DNA from: the human T2T-CHM13v2.0 reference genome, Homo sapiens | Assembly (NCBI RefSeq): GCF_009914755.1 | Contig: NC_060937.1 | DNA length: 64,000 bases | Strand: one strand, 5' to 3' | Shown: positions 53,651 to 64,000 of the stretch, piece by piece | How the letters are laid out: the number at the start of each line of letters is the position of its first letter | How positions within the stretch are numbered: position 1 is the first letter of the stretch | The notes under the pieces: generated by a model | Told to the model about the DNA's origin: nothing | The model's database searches: none | The model's input: the letters and a program-made list of their open reading frames with translations, nothing else | Made by a program: the position numbers and the translations under genes

Positions 53651-55341
53651 GTGGGAATGTCCTTTTAAGTAAAATCTTATAAGGAGCCACAGTATGTAAA
53701 AGTGATACCAGTGGAGCTGTTCTAGTTCAACTGGGGGATGGAAGGATGGTTGGAGCCAATGCCCTTGGCTTGTCTCTTGGTTTCCTCTTCATTATCCTGC
53801 AGCAAACTCTGTGGGAGTCTTTTTAGAACTACAGCAATATGGAACCCTGTATTGGATTTAACCCCAAACTTGGTGAGCCAAGTATGTTTTATTTGCCTGA
53901 AGCTTTTTTTTTCCCCCCAGCAAACGCTACTCATTTCTAATCCAACTTAGTTCTTCCTAGTTCTTCCTTTTATCTCTGTGGATTTTCTATTTGCTTGAGC
54001 TCCTAGTGGATGTCACTTGAGATTCTTGTGTACTCACCCATGGCTTAAAATGACATCTTTGGTCAGAATTATCAGTGTCATTCATCCATTTGTCCATACA
54101 CTGAGCTATCTATGCATCTTTTCCTTTATTCATCCACCACCCACCCACCTATCTTTCTTTCCATTCAAATATCCTCTATCCACTTACTTCTCTAACCATC
54201 TATTCATCTGTGCATCCATCATTCATTTTTCATTCACCTACCTTTGTCAGAAGTAAATGGAAGAATAAGATACACTAAGATTATGGTATATAACTATGTA
54301 TTCATTTATTTATCCATCTATCTATTCATTCATCCAGTAAACAATACAAAGTATCTGCCTTAATAGAGCCTGAATATCAGAAATAAACTATGACTCTCAT
54401 TGGATAACAAAATTATAAATAAATAGGTAGGCATCTTACTTCACTGCATAGAATTATGCACACGATAGAAACATTTTCATATTTTAGAAAGTAGATTAAT
54501 CATAGTGCTAGTTTTACTTTCTAGGGCTTCTGTGAGAATTCAAGAGATAAAACACCAAACAGGATTGCTTGGAGCTTTCTGAAGAAAGATGCCAGTGGAA
54601 CAAAGAACACCACAATTAATGCTCTCTGTCACTTAGAATCATGGCCCTAAAGCAAAATCCAAAGTTGATAATTCAAGTCTAGAGCCCTAAATTCCAAAAC
54701 TGTCCTCCAGAGGGGAAGAAATGGATGCAAAATTGTGCCAAAAATAATTTATTCTGGTTAAAAAAAAGAAAGTAATTTTTGGCTGTAATATTTTTTCTCT
54801 GTCTGTTCCTGAGGATGGAGATAGTTGGCCATTATTGGTTGACAGAAGAAACTGAAGCAAGCTTCTGAATTTACAAGTTGCTTTTTAAAATAAGTTTTAC
54901 AGCACAGGGAATTGGAGTAGTTTGTCTACTACTCATGACCACTGTTGAAACTTGGATACTTATAAATGCTGGGAAAGGTGAGGAAATGAAGTAGATTTTT
55001 AGGCTCAGATTCAGGAAAGAAACCTACCCAGACTCTGGATGTAATGTCTGATAGGAAACAGCATATTCCCCTGCTGCTTGTGGAAATGCCGCTTGATAAT
55101 GAGTTTTGACCTAATTTCTTTCCTTTTTGCAGCATAATAATTTCAGTCGCTGGGGATACATTCTGATGCTTTAAAAAATATTCTCCTAGATTAAACAAAA
55201 ATAGCCTCTTTAATCTGACCCCAACTTACACAGCACCCCATTCGCACAGTATATTTTACTTAAGATTACATAGTTGTCTGACTCACAAAATATGACACTG
55301 AGGTTGAGACTAATTGTCTTTTATGGTTTTCATGGGTCTTT

Positions 55342-55557
55342 TTCCTGGATACATGATATGGTCATACAAATTCTATTTGCATATTATTTGTGGAATATTT
55401 ATATATGATCACCTGGATTTATTTTTCTTCCTTGGGTTGCTTTCAAATAAAATGCAATTGATATTATTGATCAATGCTATTCTAAGGCCTGATTGAAATT
55501 TGAAGTTTTCATTCATTCATTCATTCATTTATCTATTTTTTTTTTGTCTTTTTCAAA
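55342..55557 (+). repeat. Copy 2 of the diverged ~200-bp local direct duplication
   Basis: Shares AATTCTATTTGCATATTAT, TCACCTGG, TATTGATCA, TATTCTA.GGCCT and TGAAGTTTTCATTCATTCATT with copy 1. Confidence 0.9.
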
Positions 55558-56219
55558 TAGAAGAAGGGAAAATACAACAGAAACACAGCATTTACACAGC
55601 AAGAATAACTAAAAATCTTTACTGGTCTGTATTTTTCATAGGCTGCTTTCCAGAATGTGCAATGAGGTTCCCATTTATGTGAGGGCTGCAAGGTCAAATT
55701 TCAAAAACGGTCTCCAGTTTTAATTTGGATCAATTTGGAAGAAAGAATTTGAAAAGATTTTTTAAAAAGGGTACAAATGAGGAATGTTATTAGAACCAGT
55801 AGAATATAGTGGAAAATGATTCCATTTGAAGCCAGGTGGGAGTTTAATACTGGTGCTAATTCTTATTACCTATGTGAGAGGGCAAGTCTCAGCCTCTCTG
55901 AGCCTCGTTTTCCTTATTGGTAAACAAGAGGTAGTAATTAAGTAGGCCAGGAAGATCACAGAGGTCTTCCTCAGTTTGAAGATAGATTAGGGAGATGAAT
56001 CAGATTGCTTTCACATCAGTTTGCTACCAAACCAGCAAAAAGGCAGAGCAAAGAATATATCAACAGTCAGGACATAAAAGAGGTAGCGCTGGATCTCTGA
56101 TGTTATGCCCTTGTCCCTCAGCAAGGCCTGCAAAAATCGAAGGCCTCAGTTCCCACACAGAGGGAAGAATCCTCCCCTTTTCCTTAGGCTCACAACGGGA
56201 GGAGTCACTTCCATGACAC

Positions 56220-57285
56220 CATTTTTACCTTGATTCTCTAGCTTTTTTTCTGGACAGCTTCTCAATTGCTGCTGTTATTTCCTCTTCTATCTGCCCAGTG
56301 GATGTTGGAGTTGCCTAGAGATCTAGCATCTTTCTGCTCCCCTCCCTCTGTGGGATTTCCTTTGGATGATCTCACAGCATTTGACAAACTTAGTGTTTCC
56401 ATGGCTTCCGCTGCCACCATACATGCAGAAAGTACTCATGTTTATCTCTAGCCTATACTCATATCTAATGGATGCCTCCACTTGAATATCCCATAGAAAA
56501 CCTGAATCTGTTCAGCTCAAACTCAACCAATAAAATCAGTCTCCCTCAAACATATTTTAGTAAATGGAATCCTCACTGCCTCACTCTCTGAAGCCAGACA
56601 TTTGGAAATCACCCTTGATTTCTCACCATTTCAGTCTTGGTTCACATTCTCTCCGCTCCTGGATTAGTTCTTGCCTAAATTCATCCTGTATTTCTGCCTC
56701 AGTGATTTTTGTAATATTCAAATTACATTACATGATTTCTTTGTCCAACATGTGACGATGATTCTGCTTTACCTAAGGATAAAGTCCGTATTTCTTGGTA
56801 GGACATATTAGACCCCCCACGGTTGGACTGGCACCTCCTCTCCTATCATTGTTTCCTGACACCTGTATGTGCAACAAATGCCCCATCCACGGCAAATGAG
56901 CCCCAGTTCTCCAAACTCGGCATGTTCTCTCTCACTTATGAACTGTTTAACATTTTTCCTGCTCTTCCTCACTTAAATGCTCTTATCCCTTTTACAACCA
57001 TGTCAGACTTTTTCTCCACTTCAAAATTCACTTCAGGATGTCTTTCCTGGGGAAGCTTTTCTAGATCCCCACATGGCTGGAATTTCTGTTTTTCTACAGC
57101 ACTTTTGAAACACTCCTTTTAAAGCATTCGTCTCACCATCCTGTAGGGGCTTATTAATTTTTCCCTCTCCCTTGCTAGACATTAAGTGGGCTCCTTGACA
57201 GCGAGGGATCTTCTCTCATTCATTCACCGCTAGCCCCAAGCATATTACCTGGCACATAGTAGGAGTTAAAGAAAGCTTTTTAAAA
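56220..57285 (+). mobile_element. L2 LINE 3' fragment (~1 kb)
   Basis: TGTTGGAGTTGCC, CTCCACTTGAATATCCCATAG, GGATAAAGTCC and terminal CCTGGCACATAGTAGG. Confidence 0.75.
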
Positions 57286-57446
57286 AAGTGAATGCATTCT
57301 ATAAAATCCAAGCAATATGCCACATGCACTGTTGTTTTGCCACTGTGTCATTATAAATTTTTTTTTGGTGATAAGGTTTTTTACCCAACTATATTGAAAG
57401 TCTGGGTGAGAAATAACTACAGATCGTGATTCTTCATATCTGCTTG

Positions 57447-57975
57447 TGTAGTAATGTGAATTCTTCAGAGAAACAGAGTCAATAGGAGACATATATATAT
57501 ATATCTATATATACATATGAAGAAATGTATTGTGAGAATTGTCTCACATGATAATGGAGACCAGGAAGTCCCACCATCTGCCACCTGCAAGGTGGAGAAC
57601 CAGAAAAACTGGTGGTGTAATTTAGCCTAAGTCTGAGTGTGAAGACCTGAGAACCAGGGGGCCTGATGGTGAAAGTCCCAGTCTGAGTCCCAAGGCCCAA
57701 TAACCAGGAGTGCCGATGTCTGAGGGAAGGAGAAGATGGATGTCCCAGCTCAGAGAGTGAATTTGACCCTTTTCCACATTTTTCATCTATTCAGGCCCTC
57801 AATGGATTGGATGGTGCCAACCCACATGGGTGAGAGTGGATCTTCCTTAGTCTACTAATTCAAATGCTAATCTCTTCTGGAAACACCCTCACAGACACAC
57901 CCAGACATCATGTTTTACCAGCTGCCTCAGCATCCCTTAGCCTAGTCATGTTGACACATAAAATTAACCATCATA
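57447..57975 (-). mobile_element. MLT2B-like (ERVL) solo LTR
   Basis: CAGAGAAACAGAGTCAATAGGA, internal (TA)n, GGAAACACCCTCACAGACACACCCAGA...GTTGACACATAAAATTAACCATCA; TSD-like GCTTG and TCTTG. Confidence 0.9.
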
Positions 57976-59109
57976 TCTTGTTATAAGCAAAGTAGGCCCT
58001 CAATTTTTCTTTTCGACAAATGAATGAATGTTAGATGACTGAGAAGGAAGCAAATAGACACAATTATGAGCTTGTGGAAGCCTCCATGGGCCATTGTCCA
58101 TTTTCCCTCCCATTGCCATTGCAAATGAGGCTGCCTTAGAAGGAATTTTGCCACTATTTATTTTCTGGCTTATCTGCTGATGCTGCAGTAGTAGATGCAA
58201 TAGGAGAGGGAGCATTGGAGAGGCTAATGAGGAGGACGACGACAAATTTAGGAGAAGGAGAAACAAAAGTATAGGCTAGGAGAGGCTCTGGTTAATCCAG
58301 CATTGATTAACCATCAGAGCAATATCATCAACCACTGGAGCAATATCATTTCAACAGGGGGAGCTGAGTGTAGAGGAGGGGAGATGGATATTTGTGAGGT
58401 TTGTCAGTCGGGTTTATGAGGCTTGGTTTGAGCTAGTTGTGGAGAGGAGTGTGATGGTGAGAAAAAATGCAGCCTGTTGGCAGGACCCCTGCAGGAAGCT
58501 GCTGGAGCCATTTCCCAGAGCACAGATAACACTGACAAGTCACACGGCAGGAACTGTTTTCATAGATCTTTTCAAACACAATTAAGTGGATCTAAAATAG
58601 AATTTTAAGCTCCCACAACACCTTGACATCAGAAAACCATGAATAAATAAAATTACAAATCAAAATGCAATTCAAAGGGATTCCATGTGATAATGCCTTT
58701 TTCAATAAATGCTGCAGAAAAATATTGTGTGATAAAACCGTATCATTTCAATTTTCTCCTCGGGGATTTTATATCCGTATGCTTTTATGTATAAAAATGT
58801 GATTTTGAAAAAAGCCCTGCCACGGAGACTCCTGGGTCCCCAGTAGGTGTTCACAGTAGGAGCAGGCATGGAGGGGCTGGCGGCATCTGTGCCAGGCGGA
58901 CTGCATTTCCTTATGACATTTTGTGGGGCAGGGAAAACTCTGCCATTCACCTCCTTCAAGGGACTGCCATTTGTATAAGATTCTCCCTCCAGGGATTGTT
59001 CCCTTGGGTTAGGGTATATTTCTAGGAAGTTCAAGTTAAATTACAAGTACATTAGCAAGGACGAGCAGCACATTAATCCAATTACAGGCATAAAGACCTT
59101 AATGCAAAT

Positions 59110-59520
59110 TTTTCTAAAATGCATTTTACAGAATATTATTTCTGAGACATATTAAGTAAACAAAGGGGGTCTGTGACCAGACAAGCTTGGCAAACCCTGG
59201 GTTAAATAGAAACAAAGGATTCTTGCCCTACCTCTCCTCCTCCTCTTCTCTTTTTTCCTCTTCCTCCTCTTTCTCTTCCTTTCCCCCATCCTCCTCCTCT
59301 TCGTCTTCCTCTTCCTCCCTGTAGCTCTTTCTTCCTTTCCTTCTCTTTCTTCTTCTCCATCTCTTTCTTCTTCTTTTAACTAGAAATTTCCCAAAGGCTT
59401 TATTATGTGTAGAGTGAATTTCCAAGAAAAGAATATAATCAACAGTTTCCAAAACTTACTTGAATATGAAAAGTGTTTTATTTGTGAGTTAAGAGAAGCA
59501 CATTTTGGTAAATTTTGTCT
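59110..59520. mobile_element. Possible ancient hAT-Charlie-type DNA transposon split by a CT-rich tract
   Basis: GACAAGCTTGGCAAACCCTGGGTTAAA before the tract and CAGTTTCCAAAACTTACTTGA...CACATTTTGGTAAAT after it resemble Charlie-family motifs; subfamily not assigned. Confidence 0.4.
59228..59374. repeat. (TCC/TTC)-rich polypyrimidine tract
   Basis: About 147 bp of nearly pure C/T. Confidence 0.95.
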
Positions 59521-59554
59521 TTGCAACAATTAGATCATCACACCTGAAACTCAA

Positions 59555-59840
59555 GAAGCGCGATGTCAGAAACCCAGGCCCTGGATTTGGGCGAAGTGGG
59601 CGGCTGCATGCATGGGACGCTACAGGGGTCCAGCTGAACCAATGGCTGCGGGAAGAGTTCTCGGTAACTTAGGAGGGGAAGTAGCAGAGGTCAGAGGGCC
59701 CGGAAGGCAAGCCTTCCTTATCTCCCAAACTGACCTTCTGAGGAAAGCCAGGTAGGAAGGACAGGTGGAAAGAAACGGGGGTGATGCATTGTCTCTGGGC
59801 TTCAGTTTCAGATTTGGTTTTGAGCTCAACTCGGTAACTG
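59555..59840. promoter_or_regulatory. Candidate promoter/enhancer-like GC-richer patch
   Basis: About 10 CpGs, GGGCGG (59598), CCAAT (59639), ETS CCGGAAG (59700), GATA CTTATCT (59717), donor-like CAG|GTAGGA after 59751. Confidence 0.35.
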
Positions 59841-60024
59841 CATGAAAAATCTGATCTGGGAAGATGTGGTTAGGGATGAGTTTGGCTCTTCCCCAAATCA
59901 ACAGGTCCTCTTGGAGAGTGGATTATCCTGAAGCATGTTAGGTATTTTGAGGCCCAGAGTGGCCTCACTCAGCTCTCTTAAAATGGCTCTGTGTTCCTAG
60001 TGTTGCCTTTGGGCAGAGGACAGG

Positions 60025-60275
60025 CAGGCAGCATGACATGATGTAAAGATCATGGGCTTTGGCATTGAAAAGGACAGGTTTGGAATTTCAGCCACACATG
60101 TAAGTCTGAGCTCTGCCACTTGCCCCATTGATGACCTTGCCAAATTACTTTAACTCTCTACCTCAGTTCATTTCTTTGGTGAAATGTGAGTATATAAGCT
60201 TGGGTTGCAGTGGTTGAATCTGTCAAATAAGAGAATTACACTAGATCTTTAAAGTTATTTTTAGTTCTAATGTTC
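60025..60275 (+). mobile_element. MIR SINE, degenerate
   Basis: GGCAGCATGACATGATGTAAAGA...GCTCTGCCACTT...TGACCTTGCCAAATTACTTTAACTCTCT. Confidence 0.65.
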
Positions 60276-60301
60276 TAAATTAGATTTATACAAAACACAC
60301 G

Positions 60302-60302
<1 letters not shown>

Positions 60303-60338
<36 letters not shown>

Positions 60339-60340
60339 AC
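60303..60340. repeat. (CA)n microsatellite
   Basis: Read directly. Confidence 0.97.
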
Positions 60341-60505
60341 AAATAAATAGTTCATCAAACCATTTTTAGTAACAAAGAACTGCCTAAAATAGTTTCTGTG
60401 ATCTGATGAATATATGTTTCTGCTCACATCTCTTGTGTATTTTTATCTCTGATATATATAAACAGACTCTAGAAGGGAAAAGTTCCTTTAGATATTGAGA
60501 TAATG

Positions 60506-60559
60506 TCTACTAAGACGTAATAAAATCTACTAAGACATCATAAAATCATCTACTAAGAT
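60506..60559. repeat. ~20-bp tandem repeat, about 2.6 copies
   Basis: TCTACTAAGA occurs three times with TAAAA spacers. Confidence 0.85.
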
Positions 60560-61473
60560 GATTTACATTTAATTAAGCAGAAAAATCTGGCGATTTAAAT
60601 ATCTACATTTTCAGTGTATTCTTTGAATAACTAATGTATGCCTCGTAATGAAATGCTGAGTCCTAATTTCTGACGCTCCTCATAAAAAAACATTTTTTTG
60701 AAGGTTAATTGTTCCACTTGCCATGAATAATTATTAATAACAGTTACTTGGGCTTAGTCATTTTTATATTTGCAAGGCAATATTTTTGCAGGGCTCCAAC
60801 TATTCACAAATGCTGTTTCACTAACTCACAGATAAACTTATGAGAGAAATAAGAGCGTGTTTGGCTACTTATTCCTATTTTGCTGGATGTGGAAGCAGCT
60901 TCCTTGGAAATTTTGAAGTTAGAGATATGACTTGGAATAAAGCCAAAAACTGAACATAGTTCTTCTCATTTCCCAGCCTTTGATTTGCCAACCCATGAGT
61001 AATGACTTAGCACTTTATATTAATAATGAGGACGATGATTATAATAATAGTTTTTGAGTTTCTTGTTTTGAGCAATTCAACCTGCTTACCCCAAGCCCTT
61101 CATCCATTTTTTAAAAATAGGCAAATGAGACCAGAGCCTAATTAACAGTCAGGATGACTTTTTCCTCTTTTTCTCTCGCAATCACTGGATACTGTTGTGT
61201 CTTAGAAATGTCCATTAGGTTCACCCTCCCCTCTCCAGTCGCTTTGCTGTTTCCAATCATTACTTCATCACACAATATATGGATTTTAGAAACAGCTTCC
61301 TGGCTTGCTTCTCTGCCTTCAGCCTCATTTCTTTTCATTTCACGCCGTGCACCATTACTGCAATACTATTCCAAAGATACCCCTTTCCTTTTGTCACACT
61401 GTCCAGGAGCCTATAGTCCACGCATTAGCCCAATCACTCTGTCTGACTTTTGAGGCTTTCCATACCTGGGACT

Positions 61474-61934
61474 TGTCTTAGCTCCAGCTGCCATAACAAA
61501 ATCCCATAGACTGGATGGCTTAAACAACAGAAATTTATTTCTTACAGTTCTGGAGGCTGAGAAGTACAAGATCAAGGTGCTGGCAGAGTTGTTTTCATTC
61601 TGAGGCCTTTTCTTCTGGATTGTAGGTGGCCACCATCTTGCTGTGTGCTCACATGACCTCTTTTTTGTGTACCCATAATGAGAGAGAGAGAAAGAGAGAG
61701 AGAAAGTGCACTCTCACTGGTGTCTCTTATTAAAATGGTACTAATCCCATTAGACCAGAGCCCCACCCTCATGACTTTATCTAACCCTAATTATTTCCCT
61801 AAGACTCCATCTTTAAATACCGTCATATTGAGTACTAAGGATTCAGCTTATGAATTGGGTACTAAGGATTCAGCTTATGAATTGGGTACTAAGGATTCAG
61901 CTTATTGGGGGGACATAAATGTTCAGTCCATACA
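61474..61934 (-). mobile_element. MLT1A/B-like solo LTR
   Basis: GCTGCCATAACAAAATCCCATAGACTGGATGGCTTAAACAACAGAAATTTATTTCTTACAGTTCTGGAGGCTG; TSD-like GGACT and GGGCT. Confidence 0.88.
61832..61905. repeat. 27-bp perfect minisatellite, 2.7 copies
   Basis: GTACTAAGGATTCAGCTTATGAATTGG at 61832, 61859 and (partial) 61886. Confidence 0.97.
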
Positions 61935-62309
61935 GGGCTCCTTCAGTCCCTCCCGTCCCTTTTCTGTTACTCCTTGGTGTGCACTGTTATCTCTTGTTTC
62001 CTCATGGCTAACACCTCTCCTCTCTATGCAGTGATTTTTCTCTGTATGCATCTGTTTCTGCTGCTCGCCAGCCTTCTCCCTCTCCTGATTCCTTTTCTAT
62101 CTCTCTTATTCAGAGAACTTTCTTCTTTCCTTGTATTGCTCAAATTGAACAGATCCTTTAAGGTCCACCTCAAATCACACCTGTTCCAAAGCACACTTTC
62201 TAATCTCCAACTCATAGGACTATCCTTTCTCTGAACTCTCGCAGTTATAGTCACACTGTAATTTAACACTTAATCATTCTCTAATTCTTTTATAGTATTT
62301 GTGAAATAT

Positions 62310-62500
62310 GTTATTGGAATTTATACTCTACAGGGCACTTTCATGTTTGTAGTCTCATGTGATTCTGTCAGTGAGGTAGAAATTATTATAATTTTTATTT
62401 ATGCACAAGAAAATGGAGGCTCAGTGAGGTCAAATGACTTACCACTGGTTATAAAACTCGTAACTCAGTGTACAGATGCAGTTTTCTGACTCTAAGACTT
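62310..62500 (-). mobile_element. MIR SINE
   Basis: GAGGTAG...GAAAATGGAGGCTCAGTGAGGTCAAATGACTTACC...TCTGACTCTAAG. Confidence 0.7.
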
Positions 62501-64000
62501 GTAGTTCATCTACTCATTGCTTACTCCATTTTATGAATCTTTATACAAGTTTTCTTTTTTCTTATAATAATTTAGGTTATCTTGTGTTTTATGAATCTCT
62601 ACAGGTAGGATTAAATTCTTTTTTGGTGTGTGTGCATTAGGGGGAAACGAATGCAGTTAATTTCTATGAGGGAGTTTAGAGGTTTATTCCAATTGTATTT
62701 CTTCATGCTAAATCATAAACTAGGGAATTCTGTAATAAATTGTAGTCTATTGAACACATGGAGAAATAGAAATAGTGACTTAATTTCTGCATTCTATCTA
62801 CTAGATTAGACAATTTCTCTTTATTTTTTTCTCAAGTTAAAATTGTCAATCAGAAGCTCTTGGCAAAGACAACACATTTATTCAACAAAGTAAGATATCA
62901 ATTTTGTTTTGTTGCAATTGCAGTGTGTATATCTAAGTTCCCCAGTACCTGATCTCAGGATATTTTGGCCTCCCACTCAGAAGATGAACTCAGAAGGTGT
63001 AGCCATTAGGTGGGGGTGAGGGAGCGTGGAATAATTTAACAGTGGAAACCCACCAATCACACCTGACCCCAATCCGTCCAGACATAGTGCAAAGAAACCA
63101 CTTACAAATTCTTTTAGAGTGATACCAAATCAGAAACATTTAATGTGCACTGAAAAAGCCAAGTTAAGAATCAAGTTCAGACGTTAGAGGTGAGATATCT
63201 ACAACTAGAGCCAAGTTAGAAAAGGGTTAGCCCTTTATGTGGCCAAATTAAACAAGACACAATTGAGGCTAACTCATCCCTCTAGGCACTTATAAAACCT
63301 ACACGTGGGAACTTTTGAAAATGAAGTTAGCACCGATTGTGTCTTATTTTGCTTGGCTGTTTAATGGGCTAACCCTTTAGGAATTTGGCTCTGACTGGAG
63401 ATATCACACTTTTATGTGTCTGACCTCCTCCTTCAACTTTCCTTTTTTTGGTGTATATATAGAATTTAAAATATCAGATACGGTATTACATTATTAAGCT
63501 TAATAACAGTAAAAGATAAAAACAAAATATTAAAAAGAACAGAATGTGCTTAAATAACAATGTAATTAGACTACCGGGGACATACTGCCTTCTTTGTGGT
63601 CTACTCACATTTAGGAGTTGAGTTGGATAGTACTGGTTAAGATCACCAATGAAGCTATTTGGGAGAATTCCCAAACCAAGCCTGTTCACTCACTCCCATT
63701 ACATGCATAGGCAAACATGCTTAAAAGGGGACCGCAGGGTACGTGGGCATAACAAGGCATGAGTTAAGAGGTAAACAGCAGACAGATAATGTACTTTAGT
63801 CCAAAGATAGCTCCTGTCCAACTGCCTCAGTGTTTTAAGCTAATAGATTGTGTGTCATTACTGAAGGGCTGGCAGCTCCTGGGGCTACAGGCACAGGTGG
63901 GAAAGAGGATGTTGAGAACATAATAAAGAATTGCTTTCAAGGGTGTTTTCCTACTAAGATGTTCTGTGCTGTATCTGTCAGCAAACTTCCACTGCTTTGA

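Larger units (their letters stand above)
61160..62290 (+). mobile_element. Degenerate L2 fragment interrupted by an MLT1 LTR
   Basis: ACAGCTTCCTGGCTTGCTTCTCTGCC before, and ATCCTTTAAGGTCCACCTCAAATCACACCT after, the LTR. Confidence 0.5.

Noticed and set aside
59228-59452. Arg/Lys- and Glu-rich ORF on the minus strand
   Set aside because: Simply the translation of the CT-rich simple repeat
61832-61905. CRISPR-like array
   Set aside because: Head-to-tail repeats with no spacers, in eukaryotic DNA, with no cas genes

Overview
Primate (most likely human) non-coding genomic DNA, AT-rich and CpG-depleted. It is dominated by interspersed repeats: about 14 Alu elements, 9 L1 fragments, two full-length MaLR retroelements (THE1-type 29009-31332, MST-type 36508-38966) with intact 5-bp target-site duplications (TSDs), several solo MLT/MST LTRs, L2, MIR and hAT DNA-transposon relics, and microsatellites. 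I find no supportable protein-coding exon, RNA gene or CRISPR array, and the supplied ORFs look like chance or repeat-derived frames. I cannot name the host gene. All clearly recognisable L1s are on the minus strand, which suggests an intron of a gene transcribed on the plus strand. The most notable feature is an ungapped 126-bp inverted repeat in sequence I do not recognise as a repeat (27026-27151 with 28039-28164; 115/126 Watson-Crick, 43-bp perfect core). It continues inward as correctly nested shorter helices and side hairpins, with two Alus in the apical loop, making it a candidate ~1.2-kb intronic RNA structure or ADAR substrate. Repeat subfamily names are by-eye recognitions and boundaries of old elements are approximate.
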